A stretch of 64,000 nt of DNA from an uncultured delta proteobacterium. GTDB taxonomy: Bacteria > Myxococcota_A > UBA9160 > SZUA-336. The DNA is taken from NCBI GenBank assembly GCA_963704165.1, contig CAVPHD010000001.1, positions 32,001 to 96,000 on the forward strand, written 5' to 3'. Each line of letters opens with the position of its first letter. The first letter of the stretch is position 1. Shown in pieces: positions 18,275 to 28,109 of this stretch. The notes below the pieces were generated by a model. That model was not told the DNA's origin and made no database searches. It saw only the letters and a program-made list of their open reading frames with translations. Position numbers and translations under genes: made by a program.

Positions 18275-19483
18275 ATGAGGATCGGGAACGGTTGCACCGA
18301 AGTGCGTCGCGAGCGTGTCGTCGTCTTCGACACCACGCTGCGGGACGGTGAGCAGGCGGCAGGCGTCTGTTTCTCGAAGGCCGCGAAGCTCGAGATCGCG
18401 AGTCTGCTCGACGAGATGGGCGTCGATGTGATCGAGGCGGGTTTTCCGGGCTCGTCCGTCGGCGAGCACGAAGCCGTGAGCGCGGTCGCGAACGCCGTGA
18501 AGAGAGCGTGCGTCTGCGGCCTCTCTCGCGCGATCCCCGCGGAGGTCGATCGCACCTGGCTCGCGCTCCGCGGTGCGCGAAGCCCGCGGATCCACGTCTT
18601 CCTGTCGAGCTCGGAGATCCACCTCGCCCATCAGCTGAACCGGGGCGCGGACGAGGTCGTCGAGATGGCGCGCGCGGCGGTCGGGCGGGCGCGGACCTAC
18701 ACCCCGGATGTCGAGTTCAGCTGCATGGACGCGACGCGCTCGGAGCCGGAGCTCGTCGCGCGGCTCGTGCGTGCGGCGATCGGCGCGGGCGCGACGACGA
18801 TCAATCTGCCCGACACCGTCGGGTGTGCACGCCCCGATCAGGTCACCGCGATGTTCCGCGAGCTGCGGCGACGCGTGCCGGAGATCCGCGGCGTCACCCT
18901 GTCGTTTCACGGCCAGGACGACCTGGGCTTGGCGACCGCGAACTCGCTGGCTGCGATCGCGGCCGGCGCGCGTCAGGTGGAGCTGGCCGTGAACGGACTC
19001 GGTGAGCGCGCGGGCAACACGGCGTTCGAAGAGGTGGTGATGGCGCTGCGCGTGCACGGCGAGGAGCTCGGGGTCGAGACCGGGGTGGACTCGCGTGGGA
19101 TCTGGGCGGTCTCGCGGGCGGTCGCGCGTCTCTCCGGCTTCGCCGTGCCAGCGAACAAGGCGATCGTCGGCGGAAACGCCTTCCGACACGCCTCGGGAAT
19201 CCACCAGGACGGCGTGCTCAAGCGCCGCGAGACCTACGAGGCGATCGATCCGGCCGAGATCGGGCATCCCGTGGGGACGGAGATCGTGCTCGGCAAGCTC
19301 TCGGGACGCGCGGGATTCGCTTCGCGCGTGCGCGCGCTGGGCCTCGAGCCGTCGGAAGCCGCGCTCGAGCGCGCGTTCGGACGCTTCCAGGCGTTGGCGG
19401 ACGGCCGCGGCGAAGTCGGCGACGAAGACCTGCGCGCTCTCTGTCGCGAGCCCGAGGCGAGTCCGCGGGCGGCGCTCGCTTGA
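18275..19483 (+). CDS. leuA: 2-isopropylmalate synthase, short form without the C-terminal regulatory domain
   Basis: FDTTLRDGEQ, VDVIEAGFP, TTINLPDTVG, NGLGERAGN, NKAIVG.NAF.HASGIHQDGVLK, LGKLSGR. 402 aa, GAGGAGG RBS, upstream Leu attenuator. Confidence 0.85.
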   Translation: MRIGNGCTEVRRERVVVFDTTLRDGEQAAGVCFSKAAKLEIASLLDEMGVDVIEAGFPGSSVGEHEAVSAVANAVKRACVCGLSRAIPAEVDRTWLALRGARSPRIHVFLSSSEIHLAHQLNRGADEVVEMARAAVGRARTYTPDVEFSCMDATRSEPELVARLVRAAIGAGATTINLPDTVGCARPDQVTAMFRELRRRVPEIRGVTLSFHGQDDLGLATANSLAAIAAGARQVELAVNGLGERAGNTAFEEVVMALRVHGEELGVETGVDSRGIWAVSRAVARLSGFAVPANKAIVGGNAFRHASGIHQDGVLKRRETYEAIDPAEIGHPVGTEIVLGKLSGRAGFASRVRALGLEPSEAALERAFGRFQALADGRGEVGDEDLRALCREPEASPRAALA

Positions 19484-19514
19484 TCCCGGCGACCGATCCG
19501 CGACCCTGCGCCAG

Positions 19515-20729
19515 ATGGCGATCGAGAGCACCCTGATGCGGCGCGCGGTCGGCTCGGTGCTGCGAAATGCGCGCTACTCGGCGCTGTTCCTGCTCGCCGG
19601 CTCGGAGGCCCTGATCGTGGAGTGGCTGCTGCGCGCCACGAGCGGGAGCGGACTCGGCCTCGCCGCGGGCGCCGCGCTCACTTGCGGGCTCGCGGCGCTG
19701 AACGTCGCGACGCTCGCGCTGCTGCCGCGGCTCGCACGCCGAACCCCGGGCGGACATCGCCTCGGACGGCTCTGGTTGGTCGGTAGCCTCGGCGCGCTGA
19801 TCAGCGGCCCGCCGCTCGCGCTCGGGTTCGCACTCGTCGCGCCGCTCGCGCTCGTGCATCCGCCGATCGCCGAGACGCTGCTTCTCGCGGGCGGTGGCGC
19901 CTCGCTGGCGCTGGGATTCGGGTCGATGTTCTGGGGCTGGCTCGTCGGCCAGCGACGCGTGGAGGTCGAGCGTCTCGACCTGCCTCTGCGAGGGCTGCCC
20001 GACGCCCTCGCAGGACTGCGCATCGCTCAGATCTCCGATCTTCACATCGGTGTGCAGATGCGCGCGCCGCTGCTGCGCCGCCTGCTCGAGCGCGTCAACG
20101 CGCTCGAGCCGGATCTGATCGTGATCACCGGCGACATCTTCGACTTCGATCCGCGCTACATCGAAGAGGGTTGCCGCGAGCTCGCATGCCTCGACGCACC
20201 GCACGGCGTCTTCGCGGTGCTCGGCAATCACGATGCCTACACCGGCGCGGACGCGGTCGCGCGCGGACTCGAGACGTGGACGCGGATCCGGCTGCTCCGC
20301 GACGACTGGGTACGCCTCGAGCTCGATGGTGGAGCGTTCGCGCTGGCGGGAGTCGAGGATCCGGGCCATGGCTGGAACGAACGAGACGCCACGCACGACG
20401 CGATCGAGCGGCTCGCCGCCGAGATCCCCGCCGACCTCGCGCGGGTGCTCTTGATCCATCGCCCGAGCTGGTTCGCGCACGCCGCACGGGCCGGTTTCCC
20501 GCTTGCGCTGGCGGGCCACACCCACGGGGGGCAGATTGCCCTACCTCGTCCGGGACAGCACCACAATGTCTCACGGCTGATCTCGCACTGGACCCGGGGC
20601 CTCTTCCGCGATGCGGCGACGGGATCGATTCTGTATGTAAATCGAGGACTTGGCGTTGCCGGGCCGCCTGTGCGCCTGAACTGCGCCCGAGAGATATCGC
20701 TACACCGGATGATCTCTTCCCGGGTGTAG
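19515..20729 (+). CDS. Membrane-anchored metallophosphoesterase (YkuE-like)
   Basis: N-terminal TM helices; ISDLH, TGDIFD, LGNHD, LIHRP, AGHTHGGQ, YVNRGLG. Confidence 0.92.
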   Translation: MAIESTLMRRAVGSVLRNARYSALFLLAGSEALIVEWLLRATSGSGLGLAAGAALTCGLAALNVATLALLPRLARRTPGGHRLGRLWLVGSLGALISGPPLALGFALVAPLALVHPPIAETLLLAGGGASLALGFGSMFWGWLVGQRRVEVERLDLPLRGLPDALAGLRIAQISDLHIGVQMRAPLLRRLLERVNALEPDLIVITGDIFDFDPRYIEEGCRELACLDAPHGVFAVLGNHDAYTGADAVARGLETWTRIRLLRDDWVRLELDGGAFALAGVEDPGHGWNERDATHDAIERLAAEIPADLARVLLIHRPSWFAHAARAGFPLALAGHTHGGQIALPRPGQHHNVSRLISHWTRGLFRDAATGSILYVNRGLGVAGPPVRLNCAREISLHRMISSRV

Positions 20730-20794
20730 AGAGAAAGCTCTGGACTCCTGGTGCCATTCGCCCTCAGACTGCCGACCGGGAAGGGAAGCCCACT

Positions 20795-21445
20795 GTGAAG
20801 AATCCCAAGATGCGTCGACTTGTCCGGGCCGTTCTGGGATTCAGCGCCACGCTGGTCTTGGCGGCGACTCCTGCCACGGCGGCGACGCTCGGTTTCGGCT
20901 GCATCTCGAACAGCTCACCCACGAACTGCACGGTCGGGCAGGCTCAGCTCTCCGTCGAGGTGACCGACCCGGGCGGCGGCGAGGTGCTGTTCACGTTCCG
21001 GAACATCGGCCCCGCGGCCTCGTCGATCGCGGACGTCTATTTCGACGACGGCTCGCTGCTCGCGATCGCGCTCGTCATCAACTCTACGGGCGTGAGCTTC
21101 TCGCAGTACGCGTCGCCCGGGAATCTTCCCGCGGCGAACAATGCGTCTCCGCCCTTCGTCACCAGCGCGGGCTTCTCGGCGGACTCCGATCCACCCGTCC
21201 AGCCCAACGGAGTGAATCCGGGCGAGCAGCTCGGCATCCGCTTCACCATCCAGGGCACCCAGACCTTCGCCGACGTCCTCGATGAACTCGCGGACGGCCG
21301 GCTGCGCATCGGACTCCATGTGCAGGGCTATTCCGGCGGTGGAAGCGAGAGCTTCGTGAACGTTCCCCTTCCCGAGCCCGCCTCGTTCGCGCTTCTCGGA
21401 CTCGGTCTCGGCGCTCTCGCGATCGTTCGGCAGCGACGGATCTGA
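20795..21445 (+). CDS. PEP-CTERM sorting-domain surface protein
   Basis: Signal peptide, S/T/N/G-rich body, and C-terminal LPEPASFALLGLGLGALAIVRQRRI (PEP, TM helix, basic tail). Confidence 0.9.
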   Translation: MKNPKMRRLVRAVLGFSATLVLAATPATAATLGFGCISNSSPTNCTVGQAQLSVEVTDPGGGEVLFTFRNIGPAASSIADVYFDDGSLLAIALVINSTGVSFSQYASPGNLPAANNASPPFVTSAGFSADSDPPVQPNGVNPGEQLGIRFTIQGTQTFADVLDELADGRLRIGLHVQGYSGGGSESFVNVPLPEPASFALLGLGLGALAIVRQRRI

Positions 21446-21551
21446 GCCGCACCCCGCATCGGATCGCGCCCACGCCTGCCGATAGGTGAGGTCCACCTTG
21501 GTCCGGCCGACGGCCGCGCGGTAGACTTCGCGCGTCACGCGAGAGGGATGC

Positions 21552-23252
21552 ATGCGGCGACCGATCATCTGGATCCTGTCGATCGCCGTCGCGGCGATGA
21601 TCGGCTCTGCGCTCTGGGCCGCCCGTACGCGCGTGCCCGAGAACTCCGTGCTCGTGCTCGAGCTCGGGGGCGAGCTCGAGGAGGCTCCGCCCCGCGACCT
21701 GCTCGGCAAGTGGCGAGCGACCGGGCCGGCTCTGCCCACGCTCCTGCTCCTGCTCGACATGGCCGCGGCGGACTCGCGCGTGCAGGCCGTGCTCGTACAC
21801 GTGCGCCCGCTCTCGATCGGATACGCGCGCATCCAGGAGCTCCGAGATGCACTGACGCGCGTCCGCTCTGCGGGCAAGCGCGTGATCGCGCTCGTCGACG
21901 AGACCAGCCTGAACGCGACGCGCGAGCTCTACCTGGCGGCGGCCGCGGACCAGATTTTCGTCGAGCCCGCATCCCTCGCACCCCTCGCGGGGATCGCGGG
22001 CCAGTACCTGCACCTGGGCGGCTTCTTCGAGAAGATCGGCGTCGAATGGCAGGTCGCGCGGGTCGGCGAGTACAAGTCGGCCGTCGAGCAGTTCGCAGCG
22101 AGAGAGATGAGTCCGAAGGCGCGGGAGATGACCGACGCGCTGCTCGACGGGATCTTCGCCCAGATCGTCGAGGGAATCGCGGCCGGGCGCGGACTCGACG
22201 CCGCGCGCGTGCGGACGCTGATCGATGCCACGCCGGGAACTCCGGGCGAGCTCGTCGAGGCGAAGCTCGCGGACGGCATCGCCGCACGCAACGACGTGCT
22301 GGAGAAGGCGGGACTCTCCGGCGCGAACGAGCTCGAATCGAAGACCTACCTGCGCGTCGATGCCAGCTCGCTCGGTTTGCGAAGCGGCCCGACGATCGCG
22401 CTCGTCTTCGGCGAAGGCACGATCGTCGAGGAGCGCAGCGACGGCTTCCGGAGGGTCTTCGCCGCGGACGAGACGGTGAAATCGCTCGACGAAGCTGCGA
22501 AGGACGACGAGGTGCGCGCGGTCGTGCTGCGGATCAACTCACCGGGCGGAGGCGCGCAGCCTTCCGACAAGGTCTGGCGCGCCGTCTCGCGCGTGCGCGC
22601 CGTGAAGCCGATCGTCGTCTCGATGGCGGACTACGCGGCTTCGGGCGGGTACTACATCGCGAGTGGAGCGACCGCGATCGTCGCCCAACCCGCGACGCTG
22701 ACCGGTTCGATCGGGGTCTTTCTGCTGCGCCCGTCGTTCGCGGGTCTGTATGCGAAGCTCGAGATCGGAACGGAGCAGATCGAGCGCGGATCGTACGCGG
22801 GTGTGATGGGCAGCGACCGCCCCTTCACGCCCGAACAACAGGCTCGAACCCAGAGCTTCATCGAAGCGAGCTACCGGGATTTCCTCGGCCGCGTCTCGAC
22901 GGGCCGTGGGATCTCGACCGATGCGGTCGACGCGCTCGGCCAGGGGCGTGTCTGGCTCGGGAGCGACGCCTTCGCGCGAAAGCTCGTCGACGAGGTCGGC
23001 GGCCTGCGGGCCGCCGTCGAGCGCGCGCGCAAGGAGGCCGGGATCGAGCACGAGCCCGATCCCGAGCGAAGGATCCTGCCAGCGCCGCGCACGTCCGCGG
23101 AGCAGTTCCGCGAGCTGATCCGCGGGGACGCCCGGGATCACCTGCTCCGCGCGCTGATCCCCGCCGATCTCCCGTTTGCGCTCGCTCTGGACTGGTTGCC
23201 GCTCGACGGCGCACTCGCGTACCTGCCACCGTACTGGATCGAGATCCGCTGA
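21552..23252 (+). CDS. sppA: Signal peptide peptidase SppA (long form)
   Basis: VGEYKSAVE, LRINSPGG, SMADYAASGGYYIA, TLTGSIGV, QGRVWLG. Confidence 0.95.
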   Translation: MRRPIIWILSIAVAAMIGSALWAARTRVPENSVLVLELGGELEEAPPRDLLGKWRATGPALPTLLLLLDMAAADSRVQAVLVHVRPLSIGYARIQELRDALTRVRSAGKRVIALVDETSLNATRELYLAAAADQIFVEPASLAPLAGIAGQYLHLGGFFEKIGVEWQVARVGEYKSAVEQFAAREMSPKAREMTDALLDGIFAQIVEGIAAGRGLDAARVRTLIDATPGTPGELVEAKLADGIAARNDVLEKAGLSGANELESKTYLRVDASSLGLRSGPTIALVFGEGTIVEERSDGFRRVFAADETVKSLDEAAKDDEVRAVVLRINSPGGGAQPSDKVWRAVSRVRAVKPIVVSMADYAASGGYYIASGATAIVAQPATLTGSIGVFLLRPSFAGLYAKLEIGTEQIERGSYAGVMGSDRPFTPEQQARTQSFIEASYRDFLGRVSTGRGISTDAVDALGQGRVWLGSDAFARKLVDEVGGLRAAVERARKEAGIEHEPDPERRILPAPRTSAEQFRELIRGDARDHLLRALIPADLPFALALDWLPLDGALAYLPPYWIEIR

Positions 23253-23256
23253 CGCC

Positions 23257-24798
23257 TCAGCGCTCGGCGCCCGCCGCGTCCTTCGAGCTGATGTGAGGGA
23301 GCGTGCCGGGGAGCAGACCCCGATTCCTCGCGATCACGACGGGCGTGTCGGGCTTTCTCGGGTCGTAGAGCAGGAGATCGTCGAGGCCGTCGCCGTTCCA
23401 GTCGCCGCCGCGCACACGGCCGGTCGTCGGAAGCGCCTGTCGGCCGGCCAGACTCGACGAGAGGCCCTCGGGTCCACCGAGCCAGACCTCGACGCGATCA
23501 CCGCCGCCGGGCGTGAGCAGATCGTCGTATCCGTCACCATTCAGGTCGAAGGCGCCATTCGGAACGAAACCCTTCGGACGACCGGTCTCGAAGCTGATCG
23601 AGACCTCGAGCTTGCGCTCGAACCACGGCTCCTTCGCGAAGGCCCCCGTCTCATCGGCCCGGTAGACGCTGATCTGCGCATCGATCGAACGCGTGACGAG
23701 CGCCTCGACCAGCTCGAGGACGCTGAACGGGATCGCGACGTGCAGGAGCTCCGGCCGTCCGTCCCGGTCGATGTCCACGAGCTGATCCGCTCCCCAGCCG
23801 GCACCGCCGTCGGCAAGGAAATCCGGCGTCGAGAGATCCCAGCCCCCGTCGCGGTTCAGATAGATCCGCGTCTCCGACTTCGCATCGGTGAGCCCCCCCT
23901 CCATGTGGGAGATCATCAGGTCGAGCCTGCCATCCCCCGAGATGTCGCGCGCGTCGCCGCGCACCGCGCCGGAGCCGCGGATGTGATCGCGTTCCGAGAT
24001 GAAGGCAAGCTTGTACTCGCGATCCGCGCCGCGGAGGAAGCTCCCGTCCTCTCGCTGCAAGAAGACCCGGATCCGATGGCGGCCGAGACTGACCACGTCG
24101 GCCTTGCCGTCCCCGTTCACGTCACCGACGGCGATCCGCGGTACGTCGAGCAGAAGCTGGATGTCGCTGTCGACGAGCAACGGACCGGGTCTCGGCGGAA
24201 GAAAATAGTTCGCGCGCGCACCCGCATCGAGCAACGCGCGCACGTCCCCGCTCGGCGAGAGGAAGATCGTCTGCGCGAGCATCGGCACGAGGAGGTACGG
24301 CTCGTCACCGAATTCGGTGTAGATCATGTGCAGCCGGTCGAGACCGCGTTCGTCCTCGCCGGGCACCAACGTCGAACCGTCGACGACGAGATCGCGGCTC
24401 GGCAGGTCGGAATTCGCGAACGACAGGATCGTGAGGCCGTTCGGGCGCAGGAGCACGAGTTCCTGCCCCGGCAGCTCCGTCACGTCTCCGACGTCGTAGG
24501 CCGCGCTGTGCTCGGGAACCGGCACCTCGTATTCTGGACGCGTCGAAATCGTCCCGTCCTCGGCCTGGACCCAGAGCCGAATGCTGCGGCTCTCGTTCGG
24601 CGGAACGCCGACGAATACGATCTGCAGCAGGTCCGTGCGGCCGTCTCCGTCGAAATCGCCGAGCTCGGCGGCGACGGTGCGCCCGTCGCCCGGATCGAGC
24701 TGCTGCAACTCGAAGATATCGTCCGGCGGAGCGGCGCGAGCGCTCGCCGATCCGAGGGACTGGAGCATGAGCAGCGCGAGGAGGATGCGCACCACCAC
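23257..24798 (-). CDS. FG-GAP/VCBS repeat secreted protein
   Basis: Repeated DFDGDGRTDL, DVNGDGKADV, DISGDGRLDL, DIDRDGRPEL, DLNGDGYDDL, DWNGDGLDDL; signal peptide. Confidence 0.9.
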   Translation of the reverse strand: MVVRILLALLMLQSLGSASARAAPPDDIFELQQLDPGDGRTVAAELGDFDGDGRTDLLQIVFVGVPPNESRSIRLWVQAEDGTISTRPEYEVPVPEHSAAYDVGDVTELPGQELVLLRPNGLTILSFANSDLPSRDLVVDGSTLVPGEDERGLDRLHMIYTEFGDEPYLLVPMLAQTIFLSPSGDVRALLDAGARANYFLPPRPGPLLVDSDIQLLLDVPRIAVGDVNGDGKADVVSLGRHRIRVFLQREDGSFLRGADREYKLAFISERDHIRGSGAVRGDARDISGDGRLDLMISHMEGGLTDAKSETRIYLNRDGGWDLSTPDFLADGGAGWGADQLVDIDRDGRPELLHVAIPFSVLELVEALVTRSIDAQISVYRADETGAFAKEPWFERKLEVSISFETGRPKGFVPNGAFDLNGDGYDDLLTPGGGDRVEVWLGGPEGLSSSLAGRQALPTTGRVRGGDWNGDGLDDLLLYDPRKPDTPVVIARNRGLLPGTLPHISSKDAAGAER

Positions 24799-24839
24799 GT
24801 TCGCATCGTAGCGCAGGCCGAAAGCGGCCGAAGACCATT

Positions 24840-26435
24840 TCACAGACGCGGTGCCGCGCCGACTTCTTCCAGGCGTTGTCGCACCTTCCCGCGCCGCGCG
24901 AGCAACTCGCGGTGGGTCAGCGACTCGACCTCGGCCGAGAATCCGAGCGACGCCTTCATGCCGGTGAGGTCGAGGCCGAGTCGTCCGGGATCGAAGCCGA
25001 GCTCGCTCGCGATCCGTTCGCCGTGCTGGCTCGCGAAGTGGGTCCAGATCCGCGTGACCTCGGCGAACAGATCGAGGTCGGGCGCGAGCTGCGCGATCGC
25101 ACCGTCGAGGAAGATCATGTTCTTCACGTAGAGCATCAGGTGCTTGGGCAGGCGCGCACCGTGCGCGAGCAGGCCCTTCAGCACGCCCTGGATCTCGGCG
25201 ACCAGCTCCTCGCCCGACATCGCGACCGGATCGCGAGGCGCCTGATCGAGCTTCAGGATCCCGATCAGCGCGGGCAGATCGGCGTCGTCGGGAAGCGCGC
25301 CGAGATCCCGAAACGCCTCGAGCTGTCCGCGCACGTCGTTCGCCGCACCCGTCACCATCATGCGCAGGAACGCCAGACGCTGCTTCTCGTCCATGCGGCC
25401 GGTCATTCCGAAGTCGAGCAGCGCCACGCGGCCGTCGCGCATCACGAACAGGTTCCCGCCGTGCAGGTCCCCGTGGAAGACGCCGTAGATCATCGCGCCC
25501 TCGAGGAACGAGATCATCAGCGCGCGCAGCACCGCGGCGGTGTCGATTCCGGCTGCGCGCATCGCGGGCGCCTCTTCGATTCCGAAGCCCTCGAGGCGCT
25601 CCATCACCAGCACGCGCCTCGTCACGAGCCCGGGGTGCGGGCGCGGCACGATCACGACGGACGATCCGGCATCGCGAAGCACGCGCGCGATGTCGAGCAT
25701 GTTCTCGGCCTCGAGCCGGAAGTCGAGCTCTTCGGAGATCGTCTCGGCGAAGAGTTCGACGAGCGCCGGCGGATTCGCGAGCGCGGCGACGGGAATCCGG
25801 CCGACCAGATACGGCGCGATCCAGGCCATCGCGCGGATGTCCGAGGCGACCAGCCGCTCGACCGACGAGCGCTGCACCTTCACGACGACACTCTCGCCGG
25901 AGCGAAGGCGTGCGGCGTGCACCTGGGCGATCGAGGCCGAGGCGAGACAGCTCGAGTCGAAGCTCTCGAAGACCTCGCCGAGCGGTCGGCCGAGCTCCGC
26001 TTCGACCACGCGGCGAACCTCGTCGAAAGGCTCGGGCGGCACCTTGTCGCGCAGCGAGCGGAACTCCGCGACGAGCTCCTCGGGAAAGAGCCCGCGACCC
26101 GACGAGACGATCTGCCCGAGCTTGATGTACGCGGGGCCGAGGGTTTCGAAGGCGAGCCGGAGCCGCCGCGAGAGACCGGCGCGAGAGATCGCGGACCCCC
26201 GGCCGCGTTCTCGCAGTGCCCAGAGCGCGAGCGCGCTACCGATGCGAAATCCCGCACCCGCGAAGCGCGCGAGCGGTGGAACGCGACGCCGCCGCACCAG
26301 CCCCGGAAGGCGCGCGAGCGTCTCGGCGCGAATGCGCCCGATGCCGCTTCGCCACGACATCTGCTCGGGCTCGACCCTCCACGGGTGCGCGTCGGAGAAG
26401 GAGCCCGGCTCGGGGGGTGGATCGATGGGGTTCAC
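24840..26435 (-). CDS. ABC1/AarF/UbiB family atypical kinase (start approximate)
   Basis: LGPAYIKLGQ, ASASIAQVH, VVKVQR, ELDFRLEA, FHGDLHGGN, LLDFGM. Confidence 0.93.
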   Translation of the reverse strand: MNPIDPPPEPGSFSDAHPWRVEPEQMSWRSGIGRIRAETLARLPGLVRRRRVPPLARFAGAGFRIGSALALWALRERGRGSAISRAGLSRRLRLAFETLGPAYIKLGQIVSSGRGLFPEELVAEFRSLRDKVPPEPFDEVRRVVEAELGRPLGEVFESFDSSCLASASIAQVHAARLRSGESVVVKVQRSSVERLVASDIRAMAWIAPYLVGRIPVAALANPPALVELFAETISEELDFRLEAENMLDIARVLRDAGSSVVIVPRPHPGLVTRRVLVMERLEGFGIEEAPAMRAAGIDTAAVLRALMISFLEGAMIYGVFHGDLHGGNLFVMRDGRVALLDFGMTGRMDEKQRLAFLRMMVTGAANDVRGQLEAFRDLGALPDDADLPALIGILKLDQAPRDPVAMSGEELVAEIQGVLKGLLAHGARLPKHLMLYVKNMIFLDGAIAQLAPDLDLFAEVTRIWTHFASQHGERIASELGFDPGRLGLDLTGMKASLGFSAEVESLTHRELLARRGKVRQRLEEVGAAPRL

Positions 26436-26520
26436 CAGCACAGAACCTATCCCGATCGCGATTCCGGTCCAAATGACGTGTCGGGTATGCTTCGGAGCCG
26501 GACCCTGTAGGAGACCGCAC

Positions 26521-26940
26521 ATGAAGTTCGAGAACGAATTCGTGGTGCGCCGACCGCTCCAGGCTTGCACGAGCGTGCTCGAGAGCGACGCGACGATCAC
26601 CGCGCTGTTTCCGGAAACGGAGATCGTCTCGAATGCGGGCGGCGTCCGAGAGACGCGCACACGCGTATCCGCACTCGGAACCGAAGCGATCGTGCGATTC
26701 AAGTTCAAGAGCCGGCCCGACGGGGGGATGCGCTTCGAGAAGATCTGCGACGGCAAGATCTGGCGCGCGCTCGAAGGCAACATCTCGCTCGCCGCGGTCA
26801 ATGCCGAGACGACGCGCGTCGTCATCACGATGGACGGCAGCACGCGCGCGCTCGTGCCGGAGTTCACGATCAAGGCGCCGATGAAGGACCAGCTGCAGCA
26901 GATGACACGCGCGCTCCGCTCCCGGATGGAGCAGGCGTAG
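26521..26940 (+). CDS. SRPBCC/START-fold (CoxG-like) small protein
   Basis: AGGAGA RBS; MKFENEFVVRRP start; beta-rich body with a C-terminal helix. Confidence 0.65.
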   Translation: MKFENEFVVRRPLQACTSVLESDATITALFPETEIVSNAGGVRETRTRVSALGTEAIVRFKFKSRPDGGMRFEKICDGKIWRALEGNISLAAVNAETTRVVITMDGSTRALVPEFTIKAPMKDQLQQMTRALRSRMEQA

Positions 26941-26942
26941 CC

Positions 26943-27767
26943 GTGCCCTACGTCGAGTCGAGCGACGGTGCGAAGATCTTCTGGCACGCGCAGGGCTCGG
27001 GCCCGCCGCTGCTGCTCTCGAACGCCTCGTTCTCGACGCATCTGCACTGGGCCGGGCAGATCGAGGCGCTGTCCCGGTTCGCGCGCGTCGTGACGTGGGA
27101 CTACCGCGGTCACGGTCTCTCCGACGCCCCGGAGCCGCTCGAGCGCTACTCGCTCGCGCAGGTCGTCGAGGATCTCCGGCGGGTGCACGACGCGGCCGCG
27201 GACGGCGTGCCCGCGTTCGTCGCGGGGCTCTCGGTCGGGGGAATCATCTCGCTCTCGTACGCGCGCGCGCAAAGCGACCGGGTGAAGGCGCTCCTGCTCT
27301 TCAATACGGGGCCCGGCTTCAAGAACCCCGAGGCGCTCGCCCAGTGGCAGGCGATGCTCGAGCGCGCGGCCGAGAAGATGGGCGAGGTCGGGCTCGAGAA
27401 ATACCTGGAGGGATCGCGTGCCCAGGCCGAGCTGCTGGGCCTCGATCCCGGCACCGCGCACGCCGCGGAGGCGCGGCGGGGGATCCTGCGCGCGGCCGTC
27501 CCCGGTCTGCAGCGATTCGCCCGGGGCGTCGCCGGGCCGGTGCCGAACCTGGTCGATGTCCTGCACGAGATCGACGTGCCCGCGCTCGTCCTGGTCGGCG
27601 AGCACGACGCGAACTTCCAGCGCGCCTCCCACGTGATGGCCGCGAAGCTCCCTCGCTCGGTGCGGGTCGAGCTTCCCGGTGCCGGGCACGTCTTGAACCT
27701 CGATCAGCCAGAGGCCTTCGTGCGAGAGGTCGAGCGCTTCATGTTCTCGACCTGTCCGACCCTTTGA
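26943..27767 (+). CDS. Alpha/beta fold hydrolase
   Basis: WDYRGHGLS, GLSVGG nucleophile, LVGEHD, GAGHVLNLDQP. Confidence 0.92.
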   Translation: MPYVESSDGAKIFWHAQGSGPPLLLSNASFSTHLHWAGQIEALSRFARVVTWDYRGHGLSDAPEPLERYSLAQVVEDLRRVHDAAADGVPAFVAGLSVGGIISLSYARAQSDRVKALLLFNTGPGFKNPEALAQWQAMLERAAEKMGEVGLEKYLEGSRAQAELLGLDPGTAHAAEARRGILRAAVPGLQRFARGVAGPVPNLVDVLHEIDVPALVLVGEHDANFQRASHVMAAKLPRSVRVELPGAGHVLNLDQPEAFVREVERFMFSTCPTL

Positions 27768-27821
27768 CCCTTCGCCCGCGCCTGTGGTCTACTTGGCCCG
27801 CCTTTCACCTAGGAGAAGCCC

Positions 27822-28028
27822 GTGGAGTTCATCTTCCTGGTCATGCTCGGCATGATCGTCGGCTCGATCGTGATCGAGAAGATCCTCCCTCAGGGGACCA
27901 AGGACCGGCTCGGCGCGATGATCTGCTGGGGAATGATGGCGATCACGATGACGGTCCTGGGGCTTTCCACGGTCGGCCTGCTGATCGCCACGTGGATCCA
28001 GTTCATCCAGCCCGCGATTTCGGGCTGA
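27822..28028 (+). CDS. Small two-helix membrane protein
   Basis: AGGAGA RBS; 68 aa with two hydrophobic segments. Confidence 0.7.
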   Translation: MEFIFLVMLGMIVGSIVIEKILPQGTKDRLGAMICWGMMAITMTVLGLSTVGLLIATWIQFIQPAISG

Positions 28029-28109
28029 TCGCGCGGAGCTGGTCGCGCAACTCGAGCGAGTTCGGCCGGTTTCACCGCTCGAAGGACGCTCGGGGGTGTG
28101 CGGCGGCGG

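Noticed and set aside
20730..20794. Sigma54 promoter for the PEP-CTERM gene (CTGGACTCCTGGTGC)
   Set aside because: The GG-to-GC spacing is 9 rather than the required 10, and the flanks match poorly.
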